Origin: Octopus sinensis
Taxonomy: Eukaryota
Assembly: GCF_006345805.1 (NCBI RefSeq)
Contig: NC_043007.1
Span: 73,904,001-73,968,000, forward strand
Length of the DNA: 64,000 nucleotides
Reading direction: 5' to 3'
Shown: positions 11,936 to 25,235 of the stretch, piece by piece
How positions within the stretch are numbered: position 1 is the first letter of the stretch
Layout of the letters: every line of letters starts with the position of its first letter
Position numbers and translations under genes: made by a program
Notes under the pieces: generated by a model
What the model was told of the DNA's origin: nothing
Databases searched by the model: none
The model's input: only the letters and a program-made list of their open reading frames with translations

Positions 11936-12300
11936 TTTCATTTATTTGCCACAAGGGCGAAGGATGAGGGGGACAATACAAAGACAGATATAAAGTGTGG
12001 GGATTTACATATAATGAAATAAAAAAAAGAAAAAGGTAAGTATACACGGCATACATTGAAAAGGAAGGGACACATACATACTATACAGAGGTTTAAATAA
12101 AAAGTGGGTGGAGGATGATAGAGATGTAGCCCTCCTGATACAAAATTACTTATAGGGATAATCAAGGAACCCCACAGTCCGAAATTTCCCTGAGCAAGTG
12201 TCCAAGAGCAAGTGCTCTCTCCAACTTACAAGCCTACTCTGAGAGAGGTACCATCCACTCTTACCATTTTCGCAAGTTTTACCCACCTTTCGATAAACTC
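11936..12300 (-). mobile_element. Tx1/L1-like LINE 3' end
   Basis: EFIERWVKLAKMVRVDGTSLRVGL* resembles the ORF2 C-terminus at 30770-30845; 3' end gcccttgtggcaaataaatgaaat; ATT repeats on both sides on its sense strand. Confidence 0.6.
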
Positions 12301-12315
12301 AATAACAATAATAAT

Positions 12316-12374
<59 letters not shown>

Positions 12375-12380
12375 CAACAA
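12301..12380. repeat. (AAT)n/(AAC)n microsatellite
   Basis: Direct sequence. Confidence 0.95.
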
Positions 12381-12469
12381 CTAGCTGGACCTGTGAAAAA
12401 TTCACGGAAAACAAAAAAAATGTAAGCATTTGTAAACAGTGTACTGGTGCCATGAGAAATGTTTGCATA

Positions 12470-12620
12470 TTATGAGCGTCTGTCTTTACGTTCTGAGTTC
12501 AAATTCTGCCGAGGTCGACTTTACCTTTCGTCCTTTCGGGGTCGATAAATTAAGTACCAGTTGTGTACTGGGGTCAATCTAATCAACTGGCTCCCTTCCC
12601 ACAAAAATTTCAGGCCTAGA
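12470..12620 (+). mobile_element. SINE family B, partial with variant tail
   Basis: gttctgagttcaaattctgccgaggtcgactttacctttcgtcctttcggggtcgataaattaagtaccag. Confidence 0.75.
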
Positions 12621-12799
12621 AAAGTATTTTACGACAGTTACAGAATATAGAAAGTAATGTAACACCAATGACTATATAATCCAACCAAAATAAATTAGTT
12701 ACACAAACGTAAACGGAATTACTATTTAACCTTAAAATTCATCGTACATATTCAAAGGACTTTCATGGTTTAGTGGGACGGAATGATTTTCTGGTATTC

Positions 12800-13010
12800 T
12801 TTTATTCTTTTACTTGTTTCAGTCATTTGACGGTGGCCATGCTGGAGCACCTCCCTTTAGTCGAAAAAATTGATCCCTGGACCCATTCCCTGTAAGCCTG
12901 GTGCTTTATTCTATTAGTCTCTTCTGCTAAAAGCTAAATTACAGGGACGCAAACGCACCAACATCGGTCGTCAAGCAATGGTAGTGGTGGGACAAACATA
13001 GACACAAACA
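12800..13010 (-). mobile_element. SINE family A, 3' half (host of the palindromic insertion)
   Basis: Runs into the internal microsatellite; the SINE resumes briefly (gacgggctt) at ~15581. Confidence 0.75.
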
Positions 13011-13072
13011 TACACACAGATATACATATACATACATACAAACATGCATACATACATACACACATACATACA

Positions 13073-13124
<52 letters not shown>

Positions 13125-13303
13125 AATATTAAATATTAGGGAATAAATCCAAATTTACAGGGAAAAAATCAGATTTAGGATTAAATCCAATTTTATAGTA
13201 AAATATTATAAAATATTATTAGAGACAAAACCACTATTTTGCAAAACAAACAAGGAAAGACTTAATCAATACATAAAATTTTAATAAATAGTCAAAAAAA
13301 CCG

Positions 13304-13346
13304 CCACTACAATCGTTTCTTGTCTTGATCGACAATCTTCAGGTGG
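13304..13346 (-). ncRNA. Minimal type I hammerhead ribozyme (mirror copy)
   Basis: Reverse complement of 15424-15466. Confidence 0.75.
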
Positions 13347-15423
13347 ACTTCCAATCTAAAAAATCAATATTTTAAAATATAAAAATAATAATTTTAAAAT
13401 AATTAAAGTATGAATGAAAAAATATAAGTATATAATCCATATATAACCTATATATAATCCATATATAATCAATATATAAACAATATATAAACTAAAAAAA
13501 CCTATCAACAATTAAATATAAAATATAAAATATAAAATATAAAATATAAAATAAAAAATAAAAAATATAAAACAAAACAAAAAAAATAATAATAATATAA
13601 TAATGAACTATATATACACCCATACACATATACCTAATTATATATAACCATATCTAACTACATACACTAAATCACACACCTATATATATATCCCTATACA
13701 TACACATAAAAACGTCTAGGCAACTATAAATAAATAAAATAGCTAAATACTTCAACACAATACTTATTCATACTCCCACACACACACATACAACCCACAT
13801 TCACGCTCTAGAAAATGGACATCACTCAAAACTATGAACGGAGAAATGGAATAAATGGAATTAAAAATTATATTCACTTGGTAAAACGAACACTACTTAA
13901 AAATTATGAATGAAACAATGCAATAAAACAACAGACATCGCAAATAGACACAAATTACTACGAATTCCTTAACAAACCTACCATGATAAACCAAACTCAT
14001 AAAAACATATAATGATAAAATCTCCCTTTACTAAACTCTATAACAAACCTATATAGCAATCCCCCTAACCTAAACATTCACACACAAATACACACACGTA
14101 AACCACACACCCACGACATATACAAATACCCACACCACTTACACATACCAATACATACATATAAACCTCAACATATACTCCAAAAACCCACTCAACCCCA
14201 CACAGACAAATAAACACAAAATTATGAATGGATTCTTTTATAAAACTACCATGATAAGCTAAAACACACAAAACAGAAATGATAAAACCTCCCTTTACTA
14301 AACACTATAACATACTTATATAGCAATTCCTTAACCTATACATTCACACACAAAAGCACACGTAAACCACACACCCATAACAAATATGTATTTGTTATGG
14401 GTGTGTGGTTACGTGTGCTTTTGTGTGTGAATGTATAGGTAAAGGAATTGCTATATAAGTATGTTATAGTGTTTAGTAAAGGGAGGTTTTATCATTTCTG
14501 TTTTGTGTGTTTTAGCTTATCATGGTAGTTTTATAAAAGAATCCATTCATAATTTTTGTGTTTATTTGTCTGTGTGGGGTTGAGTGGGTTTTTGGAGTAT
14601 ATGTTGAGGTTTATATGTATGTATTGGTATGTGTAAGTGGTGTGGGGTATTTGTATATGTCGTGGGTGTGTGGTTTACGTGTGTGTATTTGTGGGTGAAT
14701 GTTTAGGTTAGGGGGATTGCTATATAGGTTTGTTATAGAGTTTAGTAAAGGGAGATTTTATCATTATATGTTTTTATGAGTTTGGTTTATCATGGTAGGT
14801 TTGTTAAGGAATTCGTAGTAATTTGTGTCTATTTGCGATGTCTGTTGTTTTATTGCATTGTTTCATTCATAATTTTTAAGTAGTGTTCGTTTTACCAAGT
14901 GAATATAATTTTTAATTCCATTTATTCCATTTCTCCGTTCATAGTTTTGAGTGATGTCCATTTTCTAGAGCGTGAATGTGGGTTGTATGTGTGTGTGTGG
15001 GAGTATGAATAAGTATTGTGTTGAAGTATTTAGCTATTTTATTTATTTATAGTTGCCTAGACGTTTTTATGTGTATGAATAGGGATATATATATAGGTGT
15101 GTGATTTAGTGTATGTAGTTAGATATGGTATATATAATTAGGTATATGTGTATGGGTGTATATATAGTTCATTATTATATATTATTATTTTTTTTGTTTT
15201 GTTTTATATTTTTTATTTTTATTTTATATTTTATATTTTATATTTTATATTTTATATTTAATGTTGATAGGTTTTTTTAGTTATATATTGTTTATATATT
15301 GATTATATATGGATTATATATAGGTTATATATGGATTATATACTTATATTTTTTCATTCATACTTTAATTATTTTAAAATTATTATTTTTATATTTTAAA
15401 ATATTGATTTTTAGATTGGAAGT

Positions 15424-15466
15424 CCACCTGAAGATTGTCGATCAAGACAAGAAACGATTGTAGTGG
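15424..15466 (+). ncRNA. Minimal type I hammerhead ribozyme, canonical core
   Basis: CCAC-CTGAAGA-TTGTC(gatcaa)GACAA-GAA-ACGATTGT-A-GTGG: stem I 4 bp, stem II 5 bp, near-palindromic stem III, GUA cleavage triplet. Confidence 0.8.
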
Positions 15467-15754
15467 CGGTTTTTTTGACTATTTATTAAAATTTTATGTA
15501 TTGATTAAGTCTTTCCTTGTTTGTTTTGCAAAATAGTGGTTTTGTCTCTAATAATATTTTATATATATATATATATATATGACGGGCTTGGAAGTAGTGG
15601 TGATGCTGGCTGGTGCGACTTTGTGGTTTGCTGATACGCTGAGAGAGATCCAGCGGGCCCCTAACTGGTCCCCCGATCTTAAAGGTGTAATGTGGATGTG
15701 TAATGATGGAGCGGCTGGAGTGGTGTTGATGCTAGCTGGTGCGGTGGTCTTCCT

Positions 15755-16320
15755 CACAGTGATTCATGGTAGACAATATTGAGTGTGTATGTCACAGCAC
15801 GTTTTTGGCCTTGTCTGTTATCCCAATTGAGTGACATAACCCTTACTTTGATATTGTTCATAGCTCATGCTCTTGAAAATGCGATATATAATTGGCCATG
15901 AGAAAATACCGGTTGAGGCGAATGTATTCCAACTTCTTCAAATGTTTGCTCTCAGAGCCTTATTAATTGTCATTGAATATGCAAGTCGAAGTGAAAACTG
16001 AAGTTTGTTTTGTCTGAATAGAATATTTACATCACTTGGGCTAAGTTTAATTCTGGGAATTTAGTGCTGTACGGTCTCTGTTGGAGTCTGTTTCCAATGA
16101 TGCCTCTACACAATGTTCATGAAGTCTTTGCCCTTTCATGCGAGTTTCATTACATAATTCTTGACTGATCGAAAGATTTCTTTGCAACATTACAATAGCC
16201 CCTACTTTTAAGTTGAGACAATGAAGAGGCATACTGGATGGAGTGAGTGAGTTTATGAATTCAAATGGATAAGTCTGAACCTCCTCTTCATTATTGTAGG
16301 ACACTGAATCTGTGCTTAAG
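15755..16320 (-). pseudogene. Helitron PIF1-like helicase C-terminal fragment
   Basis: YPFEFINSLTPSSMPLHCLNLKVGAIVMLQRNL, PRIKLSPSD, LRLAYSMTINKA, then after a frameshift PVFSHGQLYIAFSRA...NIVYHESL*. Confidence 0.88.
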
Positions 16321-16614
16321 TACGTTTTAAGTGCCTCTAATATAATATTAAGAACTTTTTCATTTATTGCAAAACAGAATTTCTAGGAAATAAAATTACT
16401 CGTTTTTCCAATTCTTCTGGCGTGCAGCTGTTGAAAATTTCTGGGTACAAATGTAGAAATTGAAATGCAAAAGAATGAAATAATAAATGGATTTATGAAT
16501 GAAAGTTTAGTAATTGCTTTTATTTCCCTCACGCGACACTTATTATTGCAAGCATGTTTTAACTAACCTAAACTACACACACACACACACACAAATACAT
16601 TTATTTATATATGT

Positions 16615-16740
16615 CTCGAGTTGTAGCTGTAATTCAAAGGGGCCAGCCCTGTCATATTCTGTGTGAGGCTGAATCTCCCTGAGAACTACGTTAATGTTAT
16701 GTATGTCTGTGGAGTACTCAGCCATTTGTGAGTTAATTTT
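16615..16740 (+). mobile_element. SINE family C, tail fragment
   Basis: aaaggggccagccctgtcatattctgtgtgaggctgaatctccctgagaactacgttaa matches the 52350-52737 copy. Confidence 0.65.
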
Positions 16741-17499
16741 ATCCTCGTGTGGTAATGAAAAGTGGAATTGACAGCTAATATTCGATGTGTCTATGTATCT
16801 ATGAACTTTTCTTTGGATTTATGTACCTTCTGTATCACTTTCTCTCTTTCTCTTTCACTTCCTTTGTGTCACTCTTCTCTCCCGCTTTTGGTTTAACAAT
16901 GTGTATATGTATCTATGTATCTACTTATCTTGCGATGTGATAAACATTTAAAAATACAAAACGAACGTCGTCACCACTCACTGTCACTTTCACTCTCTTT
17001 CTTTCTATCTCACTCTCTCACTTTCTCTCTCACTCTATTTTTTTCTCTCCTATGTTCTCTCTGAAACATTTAAAAACAAAAGACGAATGCCGTCACCACT
17101 CACTGTCTCTCTCACTCTCTCACTTTCTCTCTCTCTTTTTCTCTTTCTCTCTGTCCTCTCTCGCTTTGCCACTTCAAAGAAGTGTGAAGCACACAACAGG
17201 TACGTGAAAAAACCAAAAGTTGGCGTGTTAATTTTATTGACAGTAATAATAATGATAATAATGTGTTTAAACAAACTAAAAGAGACACGTAATAAAAATA
17301 AATATAAAATGTAACACGTCTTATTTTAAATAGAGATAAAAACATATGCTCGGAAATAAAACTTCGAAAACAAATAAAGGCTAATTTCTATCTATGAGCG
17401 TGAGGCGCTTAAGATACGAAAACAAAAATTGCATACAAGAGATGGTGGTCGGCGGAAAAGTTACATATGAACAGAAAGGCTCCTCTACATATGTCTCTG

Positions 17500-17840
17500 C
17501 CCAAGCGAAAAACAAAGCCAAAAGAGAACGGTGGGCAGATGACGACAGTTGTTGGCGCAAAGATAGCATCTCAAGACGGTTACAATACCAGTGAATGTGG
17601 GAGCACTTGAAATGATCAGTAAAGGAACTAAAAATTAGTTGAATGATCCCTGGATTACCATTCATGCAGAGAGCGCAAAAGATAGTATTAAGTGTTAACT
17701 GCAAACGTAAACAGACTGTATATGAAAATAAGGAATGGTGGCAGAGGACTAATTAGTACATGCCATTGTATAAGGAGCGAAAGGAGAACGCTTGCCGTGT
17801 ATTTGATAAATAGTGATGACGATCTGCTGCAATATACCGG
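17500..17840 (+). mobile_element. R4/Dong-like LINE fragments
   Basis: RLE C-terminus-like piece followed by NVNRLYMKIRNGGRGLIS, nearly identical to 20245-20385. Confidence 0.65.
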
Positions 17841-17999
17841 ATCCATATTATTATTGATATTTTTAAATGCTATAGGTAGAGCGATGGTGATAACGGTAAT
17901 CACTGTGGTTACGGAGACGACACAATGCGAGCACGTTATTTATATATATGTGTGTATGTACATACATGTGCACGTGTATATACAAATAAAGTGACGAAG

Positions 18000-20900
18000 A
18001 AAGAGATGGGATCTCAATAACAACTCTCGAGGGAACCCAACGAACGACTCATGAAATCATGATGCAACACAACAATGAAAGAATTAACAGCGAGAATGGA
18101 GCTATAGCTGATCATGGTGAAGGTCTCTCGCCCTGCACGTCTGAAACCGCCCGTATTAGGGGGAGTGATCTGGTCTCGGACTGTCGTTATGGCACAACAG
18201 ATCACATAAATGGTGCGCGCGAAAATAGACATAAGTGGACAAAAGATGAGTACCATACGCTTATTGAATGTCATGAAAGAGCAAAACTGGAAAGAAGTCG
18301 TGGAGTAGGCCAACGTACCTTGAAATTTTGGATGGAAAAGGACATGTGTCCAATGACAGAAAATAAACTAATGAACCAAGTGAGAGTGATTAGGAGGAAG
18401 GGTTACTTAATTGGAGTAGAAATATCTCGGATTAGTGAGAGTCTGAGAGACACTGCGGATGGGCTACAAAGGATGGTTGGAGTTTAAAACAGAAAGATAG
18501 GAGCTGAAAGCAGAGAGAATAGTAGATAGGCGGTACAGGGAAATGGTGATGGGGCTGTTAAGGGTGAGGAACAAGAACGTTTTACAGTAAACCCTGATAC
18601 TGTGGTGGGTAGACATGCAAGGGAAACGAACCAACTAGATAATGAATTGCTTGAAATTCAAAGACAATTCACCGACTTGATGAATGCTCCAAAAGAAAAA
18701 AATCCCCTTGAATATGAAAAGGGTAGATAGGAGTATGATAGATAAAGTAACACAAAAGATAAGTACTATCATACCATAAATCCAGATGGAGGACATAACA
18801 CAAACAAGAAATCTACTTTGAGCTATTGCACTACTTGTTGGGGAACAGAAATAAGCAGTTCGAAGAGAAAGATTGTTAAAAAATAACCCGAAGCAATTCT
18901 TCTGAACGTTAGAAGGTGACAATGGGGAAAATGTTGCTCCTGATGCAGATCAAGCCAAGAGGTTCTGGAGTGGATTATGGGGAAACAATGTGACGCATAA
19001 AAGGGATGCAATGTGAATAGGAACTATCAAGACAGAATTACAATGAGGCAAGAAACAAAGGAATATTGTTAATAAGCACGAGTGATGTGAAAGAACAAGT
19101 AGGTAAGGTGCCTAACTGGCAAGCCCCCGGACCAGATGGAATTCATGGCTTTTGGCTGAAGAGATGTCACACGGTGCATGAAAGACTATCAGACCAATTG
19201 AATGAGTGTGTCCAGAAAGGTACAGACCTCGTGTGGGTGGTAACTTGGAAGACAACACTTATAATGAAAGATAGATGAGAGGGGAATATTGTGGGAAACT
19301 GCCGTCCCATAGCATAAACATAAATTTAGAAGATACTCATTGGAATATGTGCGGCAAAGACATACACTTTCCTGGCACAGGAAGAAATACTACCAAGTGA
19401 ACAAAAAGGATGTAAGAAGAGTTCTCAGGGTACCAAGGATCACCTGGTCATCGATAAAACAGTTTTGAGGCATTGTAAAAAAAACATCATGCAAACATGT
19501 CTGTGGCTTGGATTGACATTAAGAATGCATATAATATGATGCCTCATTCTTGGATCGTTGAATGCCTGCAGAAGTTTGGTGTTGCTAACAATATCACAGA
19601 TTTTCTGATGCACAGCATGAAAGAGTTGAAAACCAAATTGTACTCAAGTAATGTATTCCTTGGAGAAGTTAATATTAAAAGGGGAATCTTCCAATGTGAC
19701 TCGTTTTCTCCGTTACTATTTGTAATTGCCCTAATACCCATAACAATTATACTTAGGAAAGTTAAGATGGGTTACCCATGTGGGAAGAAAGGCCGTCATT
19801 GAACCTTCTTCTGTTTATGGATGACCTGAAAATGTTTGGGAAATCTGAAAAACAGTTAGATTCCTTAACCAAAACCGTCCAAGGCATTGGTATAGAATTT
19901 GGGATTACCAAATTCTCAGTACTTAATATGAAAAGAGGGAAGAAAGCAGCCTACAGAGGATTGCGGTTACCATCAGGAGAGACCATGGGTGAACACAACG
20001 ATAGTGGGTATAGATATTTAGGGATTTTGGAGCTGGATGACATTCTACACAGAGAAATGAAAGTCAAGGTCAGCGAGGCGTATTAAAAAAGGGTGAAGAT
20101 GGTGTTGAAATCCAACCAGAATACCAAAAATTTGATTACCGCATTGAATATCTGGGCAGTTGCGGTGGTCAGATATAGTGCGTCCATCCTCAAATGGACT
20201 AAGGAGGAAATATCAACACTGGATAGAAGGACGAGAAAGTTGACGAACGTAAACAGACTGTATATGAAAAGAAAGAATGGTGGCAGAAGACTAATTAGTA
20301 TAGACCATTGTATAAGGAGTAAAAGGAGAACGCTTGCTAGTATTTAGTAAATATTGATGAAGACCTGCTGCAATATTTCGCGAAAGATATGAGTGTAAAT
20401 GCAGATGAAATGATGGGCAAGGAAGAGTTTAACCAAATAGCCGAGGAAAAGAAATCCTTGAAATAGAATGCATGGACAGTTTGAAAGGATAATACAGCAT
20501 CCTGGGCATGGCTTGAGCGAGGTGATTTGAAGTGTACCACCGAAAGCCTGATCAATACTGCACATGACCAGGCTCTCGCTACCAATTCAGTGAAGTATAA
20601 ACTCTATAAAACTTCTGATACCCAGAAATGCAGACTCTGTGGAAAAAGTGTGGAAAATGTGAGAGACTTGCACAAAAAGAATACAAGCGTCGCCACGATG
20701 AAGTGTATGTGTATCTTCATTGGCTCTTATGCCGTAAATACCAATATGAAGTAACAGAGAACTGGTATGAGCATGTACCGAGTAAAGTTATGCAGGAGGA
20801 TGGAAAAGTAAGGATACTCTGGGACTATGATTTTCAGACGGATCTTGTAATCGAACACCGTCAGCCGGATATTGTCATATTGAATAAGAGAGAAAAAATA

Positions 20901-21260
20901 CTGTCATATCCTTGATGTAGCCATACCAAATGACATGAATGCTGTGAGTAAAAAAGTTGAAAAAATCACCAAGTACTCCGAATTGAAAGTGGAAATGGCA
21001 AGACTGTATGGAATGCGAGAGGGTAATGTAAAAGTGATACCAGTGGTGATCGGAGCGTTGGGCTCAATCCCATTGAAACTTCTTAAGGCAACTGGAAATC
21101 CCATGCAAGATTGATGTTTTGCATAAAGCAGCCTTGTTGGGCACAGCGCACATCTTAAGGAAAGTATCATCTGTCTGAGGTCCTCGTTGTGTCTTGACAG
21201 ATGACTAAAGACTCCGGCGCATTTTTACCTACACTGTGTTACAAAGGAATAACAACAATA
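18000..21260 (+). mobile_element. R4/Dong-like RLE LINE, longest copy, with deletions and many stops
   Basis: N-terminal KWTKDEYHTLIECH...ENKLMNQVRVIRRKG region; RT (APGPDGIHGFWLK, VAWIDIKNAYNMMPHSW, KRGIFQCDSFSPLLF, LLFMDDLKMF); zinc knuckle (KCRLCGK...RRHDEVYVYLHW); RLE (HRQPDIVIL...DVAIPND...VIPVVIGALG). Confidence 0.9.
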
Positions 21261-21261
21261 T

Positions 21262-21680
21262 CAAGAAGAATATAAAGGAAATCAGAATAGAGTGCTCAGT
21301 AAAACTGTTATTAAAGGTTTGCCTCCTTGACACGGCCAGAATAATCAGGAAAGTATTAGTTGAAAAGAACAGATAGCATAGTACCTATTTCTTTACTACC
21401 CACAAGGGGCTAAACACAGAGAGGACAAGCAAGGACATACAAACGGATTAAGTCGATTATATCGACCCCAGTGCGCAACTGGTACTTATTTAATCGACCC
21501 CGAAAGGATGAAAAGCAAAGTCGACCTCGGCGGAATTTGAACTCAGAAGGTAACGGCAGACGAAATACGGCTACGCATTTCGCCCGGCGTGCTAACGTTT
21601 CTGGCCGCAAGCAGCAAACCCACTAAGCATGCAAGACTCCAGGGGTTGCAACAAAACCTGAGATAAAAAGAATAAATAAT
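21262..21680 (+). mobile_element. Second Dong-like 3' end interrupted by SINE-B
   Basis: Matches 11710-11930; SINE-B on the minus strand at ~21385-21602. Confidence 0.7.
21385..21602 (-). mobile_element. SINE family B
   Basis: Near-consensus copy. Confidence 0.85.
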
Positions 21681-21825
21681 AATAGTAATTATGACAACTG
21701 CATCCTCTTAATTCTTTCAGGCTGGCAACCGCCTCACTCTATGCGAGGACATTAGTATTTTTATTTCTTAAATGACTTAAATACAGTTAAAAAATGACAA
21801 CAGATTGACTATTTTATATAGTGGT

Positions 21826-22036
21826 TTCAAAGTTTGGCACAAGGCCAGTAAGTTCGGGGGAGGGAGCTAGTCGATTACACCGACCCCAGTGCTTAACTGG
21901 TACTTATTCTATCGATCTCGAAGGACGATAGGCAAAGTCGACCTCGGTGGAATTTGAACCCAGAAGGTAAAAACGAACGAAATGCCGCTAAGCATTTTGT
22001 CTGGAATCCTAAAGATTCTGCCATCTCGCCGCCTTG
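21826..22036 (-). mobile_element. SINE family B with alternative tail
   Basis: Same head and core, tail ...ctggccttgtgccaaactttgaa. Confidence 0.75.
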
Positions 22037-22161
22037 AGACTATCTTATATATTTTTTGTTGGAATAATATATTCTTCTGTTCTTTGGAATGATCATATTT
22101 TATCAATGAAAGACACACAGTACATTTGGTCTTCACTTCAGCTTTATTATTATTATTATTA

Positions 22162-22206
<45 letters not shown>

Positions 22207-22929
22207 CATTATTATTATTTTAGTTTCTTTGTCAAAGTTCTTTCGTCACACATCCTGTGATCTCTTCAGCGGCTCGCTATCCTACGCGTCTCCTCTTGTT
22301 CTTTAATGAAAAAGCTATATATAAATATATATTTTTTCGCTTAAAATAACGTGCATTCTACAAGTGTAGACAATTATGATATCGTTGTTAGGGTCGCCCT
22401 TTATTGCATTGATGCAAGGGTCAGTGCCTGTAGCTCAATTAAATCTGAAAAATAAATATCGAGGTTTCTGTTTTTGCTATTGTTGTTGTTGTTGTCGCTG
22501 ATGCCGACCTTTTAGTTGTCCAGTTTCACTTTCTCACAATATTTTTCAGATGACGTTTTAACTCGTCTTCCTCGGTTTTCTAATAAACTACTGACCAGCA
22601 ACATAAATCTATGCCCCTCTCCCCAAACTCTCTCCCGCTCCTCCTCCGCTCTCTATCATCTCTCTCCAGCCCCACCCTCTCTCTCACACACACACACTTT
22701 TGTGCAATTTCTCGGACGTCTCATACTAATAACAAAAGCAATTATCTCCAGCGACGTGTTCCAACAAATATAATAAATCAAACTAGAAATGTTTTAATTG
22801 GTTCACCATTTTCCATAGAAATGAATTCAAACGAATAAAACAATTAGCAAACTCGGAGAATAAAAGCATAGTTTAAAAGTTACAATTAAAAATGCTTTCA
22901 AGATCGTATTTTTCAATTCTGATTCATCT

Positions 22930-23138
22930 TTTGCCTTTCGTTTCAGTCATTGGACTGCGGTCATACTGGAGCACTACATTGAAAGGTTTTAGTTAGAAAA
23001 ATCGATCCCAGTACTTGTGTTTTCTTTTGTTTTAAAGCTTGGTACATATTTTATCGGTCTTTTATGCTGAACTGCTAGATAACAGAAACAAACAAACCAA
23101 CACCGGTTGTTAAGCGGTGGCGGAGGAGTGACACAGGC

Positions 23139-23140
<2 letters not shown>
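22930..23140 (-). mobile_element. SINE family A, 3' half (host of the Penelope palindrome)
   Basis: Runs into (TA)n; SINE-A-like sequence resumes weakly at ~26735. Confidence 0.7.
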
Positions 23141-23204
<64 letters not shown>

Positions 23205-24628
23205 TATATATATATTTAAAAAAGGAGATGTGGAACACGAGTTGTGATATATAAAAAAAGGAAATGAAGAAAATGCTGACAAAATAATTTAAGTAAGGGA
23301 GAGTGTATTTAATTAGGTGAAAGTTCTTTTCACCGGTTGCGCATTTGTTATGCTTATCAAAAGATATTTTGAGTGAAATAGAGTTCCTTTCTGATTGATT
23401 TTTTTCTCTTATCTGACTTTATGTTGGGTTTGCTGTCTCTTATATGTGAAAAAAGAGGCTCCAGAGTTGTTTAAGATTTGCTTGGTTTCGCGCCTAAAAT
23501 TTTTGTGGACAATGGTCAATACAATTTTGATTGGTCATTATAAAGGGGTCACGTGAATGTTTGAGTGGAAGTTGGTGTTGGGGTAAGAAAATAGGCTCCA
23601 GAGATGTTAAAATTTGGCTGGTATCGCGCCTAAAATTTCTTATTGGTCATAATAAAGAGGTCACGTGAATGTGGTCATAATAGAGAGGTCACGTGAATGT
23701 TTAGAATGAATGTTGTTGTGGGTGGTGTATGGAGTTTTCGAAAATAGCGTTGTTGAAAATTCTTATTGTTCAGGCTGGTCAGTAGACGTCATGTGGATAT
23801 TTTGAATAGCTTTTTAGCGCGTAGTTAAGGAGTGTATTTTCCGCTTGACTGAATTTGAGCTGGAAAAGTAAGCTCGTTTAGGACAGGAAGAGCTATATGT
23901 ATGTATGTGTGCGTGTGTGTGTGTGTGTTTATATGTATGTTGGGGCGCGCGCGCGTGTATATATGTGTGCGTGTGTGGGTACAATTTTCAATATTTATAG
24001 TTCTGCTGGCCTTGTGCCTGTATCGGGAAGCAACGTGTTTGTGTGAAGTCAATATTTACAGTCATTTCCAAAAAATAGTGTTGGATGTTTTGCACCCGTA
24101 TCAAATTATGTGTATGTGTGGAACCATATGTTTGCGTGTGTCATGGTGTTAATATCTGGGTAAAAGTGTGTGTAGGGTGTGTGCAGGTGTAAGTGTGTTT
24201 GTTGTGGGTTCGTGTTAGGGGGATGTGTTTAGAAGTGGTCTGTATTTATTAATAAGGTGGGATTCCATGGTTATTCGCTGGGTATGAGTGGCATTGTCTT
24301 TAAATTTGTAGAGGGGAAAGATTCTAAAATTGGGATGAAGTTGTGCGGCACAGGTATCAATATGAGCACTAAGTGCTATTTTTCTGTATTCCTGTATTTT
24401 TATTGGGATCTGTGGACAGTCATGCGTTGGCGGAGGCTATTTTTAGTTTGGCCTATGTAGTGTTCATTACAGCCCGAGCAAGTTAAGACATATACTAGGT
24501 TTTCTGATGCGCATGTGAAGTTGTGTTTTACTGTGAAACGTTGTCCTTGTTTAAAAAGGAATTCCGGACCTTCTATTAGGTTGATGCATATACCACAGTT
24601 GGGTCTATTGCATTTGTTTACTGTGGGT

Positions 24629-25009
24629 TTAGTTGTTGTGGTTGGCAGTACTTTGGCATTTGTTAGGATGGTTTTCAATGATTTGGGTTGCCTTTTGCTC
24701 TTTATGATTTCGTGTGTTAGGAGGATTTGGTTCATTGTCAATTAGTGACGTGGGGTAATCCCTGCTTGTTAATGTGTCCTTAAGTTCTTGTAGACGTAAG
24801 AGGCGGGTGTTTTTATTGGAGACTATAGTGCAAATTCTCTTGGCTAAGTTGTAGGGAATGTTAATTTTAACGTGTCTAGGGTGGCATGAATTGAAAGGGA
24901 GGTATTGCTTGGAGTCTGTGGGCTTGTAGTATATGTCTGTTTCTATTTTTTTGTTGTGAATTTTAATGAGGATGTCGAGGAAGGGAATTTGTTGAGGGCT
25001 GTATTCCAT
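24629..25009 (-). pseudogene. Penelope-like RT C-terminal region
   Basis: QIPFLDILIK...IYYKPTDSKQYLPFNSCHPRHVKINIPYNLAKRICTIV, the FLD / KPT...YL...S.HP pattern of PLE reverse transcriptases. Confidence 0.88.
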
Positions 25010-25235
25010 TGTGAAAATAATGTTTGTGTTGAACCCATTTATAAAGCTTTTGACACCATCCTCCAGAACATTCCTGTATTAAAAAAGGACCATAGAATGA
25101 ACCAAATCCTCCTAACACACGAAATCATAAAGAGCAAAAGAATTTGCACTATAGTCTCCAATAAAAACACCCGCCTCTTACGTCTACAAGAACTTAAGGA
25201 CACATTAACAAGCAGGGATTACCCCACGTCACTAA

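Larger units (their letters stand above)
13125..15563. mobile_element. Palindromic Penelope-like non-coding insertion (~1.18-kb arms, 2-nt spacer)
   Basis: About 13208-14386 is the reverse complement of 14389-15563; centre cccataacaaata-tg-tatttgttatggg; (TA)n at both ends; a hammerhead motif in each arm. Confidence 0.8.
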
